From IMG/VR virus record IMGVR_UViG_3300032272_000002, positions 1 to 64,000 of that record: DNA of 64,000 nt; one strand, 5' to 3'. Origin of the DNA: a virus. Below, piece after piece: positions 49,976-59,278 of the stretch; position 1 is the stretch's first letter, and every line of letters starts with the position of its first letter. Made by a program: the position numbers and the translations under genes. The notes beneath the pieces are model-generated. The model saw nothing but the letters and a program-made list of their open reading frames with translations. It had not been told where the DNA came from and made no database searches.

Positions 49976-50236
49976 GTGGCAATTTTAGAATATCAAGTAG
50001 CGAGATTCGCAGTAATTAAGCCATGTAATGGCGGTTATGTTGTTATGTGCAATTTGCCGACCGCTGCACTACGTTCTAAATTCAAGGGAGCTAGTGTTGC
50101 CATTCTCAGTGGGCGATCTGGTTGGATTCCTTATAGCAATAGATTCTTGGACGAGTGTACTAAGAAAACAGAAGAAGCAGCAAAAACCCTGCTACGATTT
50201 GGGGCAGACCCATTCGAGCTTGGCGGGGCACTATAG
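49976..50236 (+). CDS. hypothetical protein with FELGGAL tag
   Basis: Ends DPFELGGAL*. Confidence 0.75.
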   Translation: MAILEYQVARFAVIKPCNGGYVVMCNLPTAALRSKFKGASVAILSGRSGWIPYSNRFLDECTKKTEEAAKTLLRFGADPFELGGAL

Positions 50237-50327
50237 GCGGGATGGCAGAGTCAGGTCGATTGCAGCAGTTTGCTAAACTGTAATCCCCTCAAAAGGATCC
50301 CAGGTTCGAATCCTGGTCCCGCCGCCA
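50236..50327 (+). tRNA. tRNA-Ser(GCT)
   Basis: Loop TTGCTAA; long variable arm; G73-CCA. Confidence 0.9.
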
Positions 50328-50872
50328 TTACTCAATCTTTACTTGACTTCGAGCGTTAGCGAGATATAATACACTATGGCACGGAAGAACCCTGAAAATC
50401 GCCCTCTCCGCATTGTAAAATGTAGCAGCGACGGAACTCCATCAGCGACATATAAGATGGTGAACGGCGTTGTGTTGCAGGCCCTTGTGGGACTGGCACA
50501 AGCCGAAGCTGAACTTGTACGCGGTGGCAAGGATTCTGCCATGCCCCACTTCGTTGCTATCGTCAAAGAGATTGAAGACATCTGCGGTTTCCGTTTTGAG
50601 CAAATTCCCGATGAAGGTTAGATACGACATATACGCTGTTAGAGCGGCAGCCTACTACATTTCTACGTACTTGCCTAAAGTATTCGAAGATTTCGAGCAG
50701 GCTCACGACGCGATTCTAGACACTATTAAAAGCTACGCCGCCGACCGCGAGGTTACATTCGTAGAGTCTGGCGGTTACTATGTGGCATTTGACCGTGTAG
50801 GATCTCTTATTGAAGTAGATATTTTCGTTGACCCAAAACTCGTCCATGGCGGGAAAGAAGAATTAGTAGACT

Positions 50873-51112
50873 ATGAACTATAGAAATTTAAGACAAAAGG
50901 CTCGAAATAGCAAGCTGACTCCTGATGAAGAGAAAGAGTATCACTTGCTTAATCAAGAGTATCACAAAGTGACTCGCAAGTGGTTCAAGCGTAACGGTCG
51001 CGAAATGGCACAGGGTTTTTCAAAACTAGAGGCAATCAAAATGCGTCTTGGTATTGTTGAATCTGAGCTTGATCGCGATGATCCCGATTTCAGTCTGGGT
51101 GGAGCACTATGA
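50873..51112 (+). CDS. hypothetical protein with FSLGGAL tag
   Basis: Ends PDFSLGGAL*. Confidence 0.75.
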   Translation: MNYRNLRQKARNSKLTPDEEKEYHLLNQEYHKVTRKWFKRNGREMAQGFSKLEAIKMRLGIVESELDRDDPDFSLGGAL

Positions 51113-51435
51113 ATGAAGAAACGCATGTGATCGACTATCACCCTCCGATTGAAGGTGCCGCCAAAGATCGTACGGTACAGGGGGAAAAGTATGACTGTGA
51201 CAATATTGACCACTATTCTGAGTGGGCGTACGCTATTGCTTTACGAGAATTCGAGATCGGCCAAGAGGTTACTGAGGACGAACTACGTGAAGCTCTGGAG
51301 TTGGCGAAAACTCAACAGGTCATTGACAAGCTCTGCGAACAAGGTTATGTTGAAATGGTGTGGGATGGAGAAGAGCCCACGTACTATGTAACCGAAGCTG
51401 GACAGAAACATGCCGAAAACAACCCATCTCTCTAA
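51109..51435 (+). CDS. winged-helix-like protein
   Basis: IDKLCEQGYVE...YYVTEAG wing motif. Confidence 0.5.
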   Translation: MNEETHVIDYHPPIEGAAKDRTVQGEKYDCDNIDHYSEWAYAIALREFEIGQEVTEDELREALELAKTQQVIDKLCEQGYVEMVWDGEEPTYYVTEAGQKHAENNPSL

Positions 51436-51896
51436 GTATCTGGAGCTAACCAATTCTAAGCGAATTAAGCGTACGGCGGACGAGATTGAGCGTGGCCTGG
51501 ATGCCGAAGGAGCAGCCAAAGAGCGGCTGGCTACTTTTGAGAAAATCGAAAAATCGGGCGATAAGCCCATCAAGCCCAAAAAGCTGGCGAAGCGACCCCA
51601 AAAGCACAAGCTGGGCGATAAAGGCAAGTTCACGATCAAGTGTCATCCGAAAGCAGACTGCGACCCGGATTTCCTTGAGCTACTGACCGGCAAAGCGTTT
51701 CACATCGAACTGGACCAGAAATGGTTTGCATGGTTCGAAACCAAACTTGAACATCCGTACGAAGGTAATATGCAATTGTTATTAGAACATATCCTCGACA
51801 TGGGTATTGGTGAGATCATTATCTCGCTTCGCTCGCCTGAGGAACTGGCAGAGCACATTAGGTTGACAGACTTTTCAACTATTAAGAAATAAAAAT

Positions 51897-51982
51897 GGAG
51901 AGTGCCGTAGAGGCTACAAATCTGGTTTGAACCCAGAGGGGGCTGTGAAAGGCTCGGGGATCGTTACCTCCACTCTCCTCCA
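51897..51982 (+). tRNA. tRNA-Ser(TGA), atypical D and T arms
   Basis: GGAGAGT/ACTCTCC acceptor; TCTGG-TTTGAAC-CCAGA; long variable arm; CCA. Confidence 0.7.
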
Positions 51983-52332
51983 AAACATCATGAACGAAAA
52001 ACCTATCGACTATTTCGGCAACGAAATCAAAGAGGGTGACATTGTTGCCTATCCCACGTCTCAGAGTTCGAGTGCGACCATGAATCATGGCCGAGTCTGG
52101 GCGATCCGTCCATATACTACTACAAAGTATAACTACAAGACGAAGCAGCACGAAGAAGACGTGACGGCCTATAAACTCGGCATCAAAAAACTTGGCTGGT
52201 CCGGATACGGCTTTGGCCAAGTGAACGATGCCGATGGCAAGAAAGTCACCATTGACAATATTCGCCGCTGCATCAATCTCTCGAACATTCAGGTTGACAA
52301 GCTGGCCCCACAAGGGTAGTATTCAATCGTAT

Positions 52333-52410
52333 AGGGCCGTAGCCAAGTCTGGTTAAGGCAATCGCCTGATAAGCGATGATGCGGTGGTTCAAATCCTCCC
52401 GGCCCTACCA
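52333..52410 (+). tRNA. tRNA-Ile(GAT)
   Basis: ATCGC-CTGATAA-GCGAT; CCA. Confidence 0.92.
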
Positions 52411-52420
52411 ATCAAAATAA

Positions 52421-52499
52421 CTGAGTGTGGGGAAGTTTGGCCTATCCCGGTTCCCTTGGAAGGAACAGACCGCTGGTTCAAATCCAGCCACTCAGACCA
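52421..52499 (+). tRNA. tRNA-Pro(TGG)
   Basis: GTTCC-CTTGGAA-GGAAC; CCA. Confidence 0.9.
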
Positions 52500-52505
52500 A
52501 TCAAC

Positions 52506-52595
52506 GCAGGCGTGTGCAGAGAGGCCGATTGCACCTGGCTTTTAACCAGACGAGCGAAAGCTCCACCGTAGGTTCGACTCCTACCGCCTGTACCA
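52506..52595 (+). tRNA. tRNA-Lys(TTT) with long variable arm
   Basis: Loop CTTTTAA; GAGC-GAAA-GCTC variable hairpin; CCA. Confidence 0.85.
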
Positions 52596-52612
52596 TTTTT
52601 GAGCGAAGCGAA

Positions 52613-53287
52613 ATGACTGACTTCCACTACGACGTAAGCCTAGACTACGAAACGGACCACAACTGCTCAGAAAGCGGCTGTGACGACGAGGGGATCTGCC
52701 GTTGCGGCACGATCAGTAACGTTCGCGTCGAAAGAGTCGATTCCTGGGATATCGCTCGACACTATCCGACTGGCGATATCATTCACGACTATGCCGTTGA
52801 GCGTCTGATCTCTCGCTTCCGTACGGACGAATTCGACATCGAAGTAGGTGGCGGATATTACGGAGACGAAATCGATGGCGTCACCCTGACAAATGCCGCT
52901 CAAGATTCAATCCATAAGGCACAGGCCCTTATTACGACTGCCGAACAGGTCGAACACTATCTTGCACTAGAAAACGGCGAAGTGCTGCACAAGCACCGCG
53001 ACCGTCAATGGGAGCATGTCAAGATTCCTATTGACGACGTGATTCCCGGCAAGAACCGTGCTGGACTCGATAAGAAGCAGATTGCTTTCTATCGTGATAA
53101 GTTTAAGTATGATAAAATTACGCCGACTGTTCTCTGTGAAAAGAAAGGACATGATAAATACGTGCTGATCGATGGCTACCACCGCTATCACGCGGCTTTG
53201 GAAGCCAACAAGAAAAAGATCGACGTTATCTTCTTCGTGTCGGACGCGAGGAAAGTGGCCGACTTCGAGTTGGGCGGTGCTCTTTGA
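52613..53287 (+). CDS. ParB/sulfiredoxin-like domain protein with FELGGAL tag
   Basis: YVLIDGYHRYHAA; Cys-rich N-terminus; ends ADFELGGAL*. Confidence 0.75.
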   Translation: MTDFHYDVSLDYETDHNCSESGCDDEGICRCGTISNVRVERVDSWDIARHYPTGDIIHDYAVERLISRFRTDEFDIEVGGGYYGDEIDGVTLTNAAQDSIHKAQALITTAEQVEHYLALENGEVLHKHRDRQWEHVKIPIDDVIPGKNRAGLDKKQIAFYRDKFKYDKITPTVLCEKKGHDKYVLIDGYHRYHAALEANKKKIDVIFFVSDARKVADFELGGAL

Positions 53288-53601
53288 GCGGGATTTGGTG
53301 TCCAATGGCAGGTAAAATACTAGGAACCGAAGTGCGTGACCCAGAGTTTATGGATGCTGAGGGTATCGTACGCATTCGTGAAAAATCTAATTGCGAATGG
53401 GTTATGACGCGAAGCGGATATTGGGGCATGGCCTGGGTCACTGGCAGTATTGCTGTCAAGTGGGTCAAGGCTGGTCGTCACGCATCAAAATTTGAAAATG
53501 CTGGACGTGCCATTGCCATCTGTTCATATTTTGGCTGGGAATATATGATTGAACCGTTCGACCACATGGCTGACACTCTAGAATTGGGCGGTGCCCTATG
53601 A
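53284..53601 (+). CDS. hypothetical protein with LELGGAL tag
   Basis: Ends DTLELGGAL*. Confidence 0.7.
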   Translation: MSGIWCPMAGKILGTEVRDPEFMDAEGIVRIREKSNCEWVMTRSGYWGMAWVTGSIAVKWVKAGRHASKFENAGRAIAICSYFGWEYMIEPFDHMADTLELGGAL

Positions 53602-54509
53602 TTATCCACGTTATTGCTAAAGGCAACTACTTCAAGGCGTACGGCGATGCCCTCGGTCTAGCGTTCGTGAGGACTGGCCACCAAGTCATCCGTTTTGACG
53701 AGGACACCTACGAGGTTCCGCGAGTCGAGGCCGACCTCCACATCGTAGTCGGCCCCAACGTCTACAATCACGACACGATCCGCGAACTCCCCGGCAAGAA
53801 AGTCGCCATCCTCACCGAGCAGATGCCGCAGATCGGCTATCCCGCCTCACACTTCGTCATCGACCGCTTACAGCAGTTCACACGCCACAAGGATTTATAT
53901 GATCTTTATATTGAATGGAGCGAAATGAATGGAGAATTCCTCAAGGCTAAGTTCCCCGATCTCAACCTCGCAGTCTTCCCGCATGGATTCGTGGATTCAA
54001 ACGTCCTGCACGTACCTACTTCTAGCTGTGATTGGGATGTATGCTTCTTCGGGAGTATGTCTGGCCGTCGTCAGGATCTTCTGGACGAACTGAAAAAGAA
54101 TAGTAGCCTCAGAATCTATCCGGAGCACGAAGATGTCTGGGGCAAGCACAAGTACGAGATTATGCGGAGTTCGATTGTTGTGCTGAATATGCACTTTGCA
54201 GACTTCCCGCCCTCCTTCGAAGCTCATCGCGTCTTCGACGCAATATCGGTCGGTAGGCCGGTTGTGTCGGAGAAGATGAATGGCGTGCCGCCAGGTCTTT
54301 TGAATAACGGCCTGCATGCCGCTCAGTTTCTATACGACGATCTTGTCGATGGACTTATGGGCGTACTTAGTAGGGAACCAGCCACGCTTGACGCGATGGG
54401 CGGCAGTCTCAGGTTTGCAGCCGAACACCGCTATCCGATGGAAACACTCACGCGGGTTATCTTGCAGCATACGAACAAGCCAGCTAAAGAACTAGAGGTA
54501 TACCACTAA
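53598..54509 (+). CDS. GT-B glycosyltransferase (CgeB/Glyco_trans_1_2-like)
   Basis: DVCFFGSMSGRR, VVLNMH, RVFDAISVGRPVVSE. Confidence 0.8.
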   Translation: MIIHVIAKGNYFKAYGDALGLAFVRTGHQVIRFDEDTYEVPRVEADLHIVVGPNVYNHDTIRELPGKKVAILTEQMPQIGYPASHFVIDRLQQFTRHKDLYDLYIEWSEMNGEFLKAKFPDLNLAVFPHGFVDSNVLHVPTSSCDWDVCFFGSMSGRRQDLLDELKKNSSLRIYPEHEDVWGKHKYEIMRSSIVVLNMHFADFPPSFEAHRVFDAISVGRPVVSEKMNGVPPGLLNNGLHAAQFLYDDLVDGLMGVLSREPATLDAMGGSLRFAAEHRYPMETLTRVILQHTNKPAKELEVYH

Positions 54510-54982
54510 TGAAACGAATGCTCGAACTTGGCGTTGGCGACAATGCTAGGAAACAAGATGGCTATGAATACCATGCTGTGGATTGCGTGCCTACCCTGGA
54601 GACAACCGCAGTTTGTAAGGTAGGATTTGAGCCGCTGCCGTACGAGGACAACTACTTCGACTTCGTTCTGGGCGATCAGTTTTTGGAGCATATTCCCAGG
54701 CAAGGGCCTGACGGGAATCCGGTTATTCAATGCATCAATGAGTGCTATCGCGTTGCTAAGCCTGGGGCGAAGCTCCAGTTCAATGTGCCTAAGTGGAATT
54801 CACAGGAAATGTGGCAGGACCCGACACACGTCAATCCTGTGCCGCCCGCGTTCTGGGTTTACTTTGCCGAGCTTGATCCGTGGAATCTCAAAGAATCCTA
54901 TGGTATCAATGCAAAGCTGCGTTTAGACGAGACTATTGATGCCGGATGGTATCACGTTTATAAATTGACTGTGATAAAGTAA
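54509..54982 (+). CDS. SAM-dependent methyltransferase
   Basis: LELGVG, LPYEDNYFD, FLEHI, YRVAKPG, WQDPTH. Confidence 0.85.
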   Translation: MKRMLELGVGDNARKQDGYEYHAVDCVPTLETTAVCKVGFEPLPYEDNYFDFVLGDQFLEHIPRQGPDGNPVIQCINECYRVAKPGAKLQFNVPKWNSQEMWQDPTHVNPVPPAFWVYFAELDPWNLKESYGINAKLRLDETIDAGWYHVYKLTVIK

Positions 54983-55175
54983 TGGCCGAGTTCAAAGAAA
55001 CTCGTATCGTCCTGAAAATATCGGATGAGCAGACACAGCATATCATGAAGGCTTTGATTGTTGCCGGGATTCTTGCAAACAATAGACTAGTAAAAAACTT
55101 CAACGATCCTGGCCTGGCCGTTAGGCTGGCCGAAGATCAAGTCAACAGAATTATAGAAGAGGCCGAGTAATCCAA

Positions 55176-55409
55176 ATGTGCAAAGACTGCAAAGAAATCG
55201 AAGGTCATGTTGTGGCAAATAAAGGTTATATCTATATTTGTGCATGCAGTCACCGTATTGGATGGGACGTGCAAGATTTTCCCAATTGGAATTCTAAGTA
55301 TAACAAGCGTTCTTTCATGGTGTGCCACGGTTGCAAAAATGTACGCTATACGTTGCGTCAGCATTATACGCAACTGAGCAAACACTTCATTTTAGGAGGA
55401 GCCCTGTAA
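55176..55409 (+). CDS. Cys-rich protein with FILGGAL tag
   Basis: CKDC, CAC, CHGC; ends KHFILGGAL*. Confidence 0.7.
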   Translation: MCKDCKEIEGHVVANKGYIYICACSHRIGWDVQDFPNWNSKYNKRSFMVCHGCKNVRYTLRQHYTQLSKHFILGGAL

Positions 55410-55609
55410 TGCCTACGTACGAATACAAGTGTAATGGTTGCGAAGCGACCGTTGAGATCTTTCAACAGATTACCGAGAATCCCAAGCGTAAGTGCCCTGA
55501 GTGTGGTAAGCTACGTTTGAAGCGTCAGATTGGAATGGGTGGCGGAATCATCTTTCGCGGCGAAGGCTTCCACTGTAACGATTACGGGAAAAAAGACAAA
55601 ACAGATTGA
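55409..55609 (+). CDS. FmdB-family zinc ribbon protein
   Basis: MPTYEYKCNGC...CPECG...IIFRGEGFHCNDY. Confidence 0.88.
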   Translation: MPTYEYKCNGCEATVEIFQQITENPKRKCPECGKLRLKRQIGMGGGIIFRGEGFHCNDYGKKDKTD

Positions 55610-55641
55610 CATGCTGCTTGCAGCACGTTAGCATAGAACAT

Positions 55642-55726
55642 GCCCGAGTGGTGGAACTGGAATACACATCAGACTTAAAATCTGACGCCTAACGGATTGC
55701 GGGTTCGAATCCCGCCTTGGGTACCA
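55642..55726 (+). tRNA. tRNA-Leu(TAA)
   Basis: TCAGA-CTTAAAA-TCTGA; CCA. Confidence 0.92.
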
Positions 55727-55737
55727 CTAACATTATC

Positions 55738-56205
55738 ATGCATAAGATTATCTTTCTAGACGTTGACGGAGTACTCAACTGTGCTGCTACGTGGGACGGC
55801 CCGCACGCAGACGGTTTCGACACTCTTGATCCAGCTATGTGCGATAATCTGGCCCAAATCGTACGAGCAACGCAGGCCATCGTGGTTCTGTCCTCTACGT
55901 GGCGACTATACGACGACACAGGGCTTGCCAAGCTAACAGTCTGGCTTGCTGAACGAGATATTACTATCCATTCGCATACTAAGGATCTCAGTTTGACAGA
56001 TCCACACGTTTCGCGAGGCAAAGAAATTGCTCTGTGGCTTGATGAGCACGAAGAGGAGTTTCCTAGATTAGAGCGTAATTTCGTCATCTTAGATGATATG
56101 ACAGATATGCTCCATTCTCAAAAATCAAGTTTTGTACATACAAGTAATAAAGATGGGCTAACACAAGCTCATGTGGACAAAGCTATTAAAATATTAACAG
56201 AATAA
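55738..56205 (+). CDS. HAD-family phosphatase (Swiss-Army-Knife RNA-repair type)
   Basis: IIFLDVDGVLN, VLSSTWR, RGKEI, VILDD. Confidence 0.85.
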   Translation: MHKIIFLDVDGVLNCAATWDGPHADGFDTLDPAMCDNLAQIVRATQAIVVLSSTWRLYDDTGLAKLTVWLAERDITIHSHTKDLSLTDPHVSRGKEIALWLDEHEEEFPRLERNFVILDDMTDMLHSQKSSFVHTSNKDGLTQAHVDKAIKILTE

Positions 56206-56207
56206 AT

Positions 56208-56284
56208 GCGGGGTTGACGGAACTGGTATACGTGTCTGACTTAGAATCAGGATTTTGGGGGTTCGAATCCCCCACCCCGTACCA
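56208..56284 (+). tRNA. tRNA-Leu(TAG) lacking the long variable arm
   Basis: TCTGA-CTTAGAA-TCAGG; short variable loop; CCA. Confidence 0.85.
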
Positions 56285-56290
56285 AACATT

Positions 56291-56740
56291 ATGAGCTTTC
56301 GAATTAAACACAAACCGACCGGACTGTTCTATCGTCCTTCTCGCACCGTGAAGAACAAAGATAGGTCCGCTTACGTGAAGTCCAATTTATCAGATAAGGG
56401 TAAGAGCTACCATACGTCGCCATCGCTGGGGTGGATCGGTGGCAGGATTTATACGCACTTGCATACTGATGCAAAAAGCAAGTATATCGATGCCCCTCTG
56501 ACGGATTGGGAGATCATTGATGATGAAGCCCCGAAACGGCCCGAGGGTCTCTCGGACGATGAGTATGCGATGCGAACGGGGACTGAGGCTTACCTTAAGC
56601 TGTTGGTCGAACGTGCTGATGAAATTACCAAACTCCATGACGAGGAGCACGCTAGGCGTGTCATGGGTGAAATTTTCCGTTACGGAGTAGAGGTGGTCGA
56701 TCAGGCCCGAGCAAACTTTGAACTCGGTGGAGCACTATGA
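56291..56740 (+). CDS. hypothetical protein with FELGGAL tag
   Basis: Ends ANFELGGAL*. Confidence 0.75.
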   Translation: MSFRIKHKPTGLFYRPSRTVKNKDRSAYVKSNLSDKGKSYHTSPSLGWIGGRIYTHLHTDAKSKYIDAPLTDWEIIDDEAPKRPEGLSDDEYAMRTGTEAYLKLLVERADEITKLHDEEHARRVMGEIFRYGVEVVDQARANFELGGAL

Positions 56741-57195
56741 AAACATTTGAAGAAGGCGAATGGCTGGCCCGCCACGGTGAAATGTGGATGGTAAAAGAAA
56801 TACAGTCGGGCCACCGTCCAGGTGAAAGCGTTACATACAATATTAGCAATGGATATGTCGAGACTTGGGCCTCTCCAGAGAGAGGCGGCCTATATAAGCT
56901 GACATTGCCCGTTAAGAATGCAGTTGACTCGTTCGTTATTGCTAGAAAAAAGATGCATGACATTACGCCGCCTGGATTCAATTGGCCCGATATGTCTCGC
57001 GTCTACGAAAATCTCTTTGAGCGAATTTGTGATCTACTAGAAGAACACGAAGGTAACTACCAGGACAATGATGAATTCGAAAAAGCGAACCGTGAGCTTT
57101 GGGACGAGTTCAAGAAATTAGAAGAAGAAATTATAGACGCTGTTGACGCAAGCAAAGGTATTAAAGTGGGCGGCGTTTCGATGTTCCGGCGATAA
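56737..57195 (+). CDS. hypothetical protein
   Basis: ATGA-coupled ORF. Confidence 0.6.
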   Translation: MKTFEEGEWLARHGEMWMVKEIQSGHRPGESVTYNISNGYVETWASPERGGLYKLTLPVKNAVDSFVIARKKMHDITPPGFNWPDMSRVYENLFERICDLLEEHEGNYQDNDEFEKANRELWDEFKKLEEEIIDAVDASKGIKVGGVSMFRR

Positions 57196-57217
57196 GCCGC
57201 TTGACAAAACAGTGTGA

Positions 57218-57291
57218 CGGGATATAGTGTAAAGGCAGCACATGAGGGTCATAACCTCCTAGTCACGGTTCGAGTCCGTGTATCCCTACCA
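57218..57291 (+). tRNA. tRNA with CAT anticodon (Met or Ile2)
   Basis: GAGG-GTCATAA-CCTC; CCA. Confidence 0.8.
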
Positions 57292-57306
57292 ACCTAACTA
57301 ATTACC

Positions 57307-57555
57307 ATGATTGCAATTTACTTCCTTCTGGCCCTCCTATCTATTGGGGTAGGTTTCCTGGTCTGGCGTGCCCTCATGCGAAGCCCCAAGACCGATAAAT
57401 TTTTTGATCTCTCCTTGCGTGGCGAGGAAGATGCTGATATGATTCTACGTCGGCGTAAGAACGCTAACAAGGATCTCAAGACCCGAGGGCGTACCTTGGG
57501 TAAACGCGAACGTTTCCTTCAATCCGAAATTCAAAAACTAAAAGACAATGAGTAA
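57307..57555 (+). CDS. small membrane protein upstream of SPFH
   Basis: N-terminal TM helix and coiled coil. Confidence 0.65.
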   Translation: MIAIYFLLALLSIGVGFLVWRALMRSPKTDKFFDLSLRGEEDADMILRRRKNANKDLKTRGRTLGKRERFLQSEIQKLKDNE

Positions 57556-58801
57556 TCGATCCATTATCGCAGCCGTTGCGGCAGGCTTTGTCCTCCTCAT
57601 CGGCATCATCGCCGGCTTCACAGTCGTCGGACACAACAATGACCAGAACTGGCAAGTCGTCCAGTCGCCGGGCGGCGAGATTTCTCTTCGAGATCAAGCC
57701 GGTTGGTATAACAAGGGCTTCTCCAACGTCACCACGTATCCGCGTGCCCACCAATTTCCGTGGGGTCCGATTCGTGTGACTTTCAACGATGGCGGCACCG
57801 CCGAAGTGAGCGGCACGATGCGTATGCGTACGCCGACCACCGAAGATGCTCGTCGTCTATTCCACCGTGAATTCAGTGCTGACGAAACACTCCGCAATGC
57901 CGAGCGGGCCGTCAGTTCTCACCTTATCAACACGGTCAAAGTGACCGGCCCCGTCATGAGCGGTTCCGAGCACCAGTCCGCCCGTAAAGGCGAGTTCTAC
58001 AACCTCGTTCGTTCGCAGCTTGAAGATGGCCTGTATCAGACTCGCAAAGTCGAGCGTGAGCTTTTCGACCAAACCGACGAGAACGGCCAGCCGATTACTG
58101 TGTTCGCTACCGAGATTGTTCTTGGCGAAAACGGTCAGCCACTCATTGCAGAAATGTCGCCTCTCAGTCAGTATGATTTTGAGATCGCTCAATTCTCCAT
58201 CGAGGGCACGGAATATGATGCCAAAACCCTTGAGCTTTTCGCTTCTAAGAAAGAGTCGCTCCTGAACGCTGAGCAGTCGAAAGCTCAACGTCAAGAGCAG
58301 GTTCAAGAACGTCTGATGATCGTGGAGCGTGGCCTCAAAGAGAAGACCGAGATCGAAGCTCAGGCCAACAAAGAGAAGGCCCGCCTTACGATTGAAGGCG
58401 AAACGCGAGTTGCGGTTGCCAACCAGGCTGCCCTCCAGGCTGTCCAACTCAAGCAAGAGCAGACTACGCAGGCTGAGGCTCGTCGTGATATTGCCGCACT
58501 TAATCTAGAGGCCGAACGCCTCAATGCGGAAGCCGTGATGGTGGCCGCTCAGGCCGAAGAGGTACGCATTACGCAGGCCGGTGCTATTACCGAGGAAGCC
58601 CGTGTGCTCGCTGAGATCGACCGTGATGCTCGCATCGGCGTGGCCCACGAAATGGCTCAGATCAATGTCCCTGGCTTCATGATTACCGGAGGAGGATCCT
58701 CCGGAGGTAGTGGCCTGGAGCAACTGCTTAATGTCTTCATGATGCGTCAGATGGGAGTGTTCGATCCGAGTGACTTTGCTACGCCGAACAGCGAAGAGTA
58801 G
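57548..58801 (+). CDS. SPFH (band 7/flotillin-like) protein
   Basis: N-terminal TM, SPFH-like core, long Ala/Glu/Gln coiled coil, C-terminal VP..GG. Confidence 0.8.
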   Translation: MSNRSIIAAVAAGFVLLIGIIAGFTVVGHNNDQNWQVVQSPGGEISLRDQAGWYNKGFSNVTTYPRAHQFPWGPIRVTFNDGGTAEVSGTMRMRTPTTEDARRLFHREFSADETLRNAERAVSSHLINTVKVTGPVMSGSEHQSARKGEFYNLVRSQLEDGLYQTRKVERELFDQTDENGQPITVFATEIVLGENGQPLIAEMSPLSQYDFEIAQFSIEGTEYDAKTLELFASKKESLLNAEQSKAQRQEQVQERLMIVERGLKEKTEIEAQANKEKARLTIEGETRVAVANQAALQAVQLKQEQTTQAEARRDIAALNLEAERLNAEAVMVAAQAEEVRITQAGAITEEARVLAEIDRDARIGVAHEMAQINVPGFMITGGGSSGGSGLEQLLNVFMMRQMGVFDPSDFATPNSEE

Positions 58802-58873
58802 TCAGCCTCACGGCTGAAAGAAATGCAGGGAGTCGCTTGACAAGGGCGGCTCCCTGTGGTAGTATATAGAGCC

Positions 58874-59272
58874 ATGAATACCCAACAATACGTCGAATAC
58901 TTCTATCCGGGCCTCATGTTCGCTGAGTCTAGCTCTCAGAAGGTGGAAACCCGTGATCCTGCCGCAATTGCCTCAAAACTCCCTGAGGGAGCTTACTGCT
59001 TCCGCTTCATGGAACGCACGGAAGGCGAAATCGACGGCGAGGCTGTTAATGGCAAATTCAAGAATCACTCTGGCAACTACTTCCCGGCTGGCTCCGTCAA
59101 AATGAGCCTAGCCGAAGTAAAGCGAGAAATGCCTAATGAGGAGATCCTGATTTCCAACATGGAAGGCAACAAGATCCCGCATGTCGTGAAAACCGTCCGA
59201 GGCAATATTGTGGCCTTTAACGACGGTGACAAGATGATCGATGATTCGAATGCCCTCGAAGGGGCACTATAG
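58874..59272 (+). CDS. hypothetical protein with NALEGAL tag variant
   Basis: Ends DSNALEGAL*. Confidence 0.7.
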   Translation: MNTQQYVEYFYPGLMFAESSSQKVETRDPAAIASKLPEGAYCFRFMERTEGEIDGEAVNGKFKNHSGNYFPAGSVKMSLAEVKREMPNEEILISNMEGNKIPHVVKTVRGNIVAFNDGDKMIDDSNALEGAL

Positions 59273-59278
59273 AACAAA

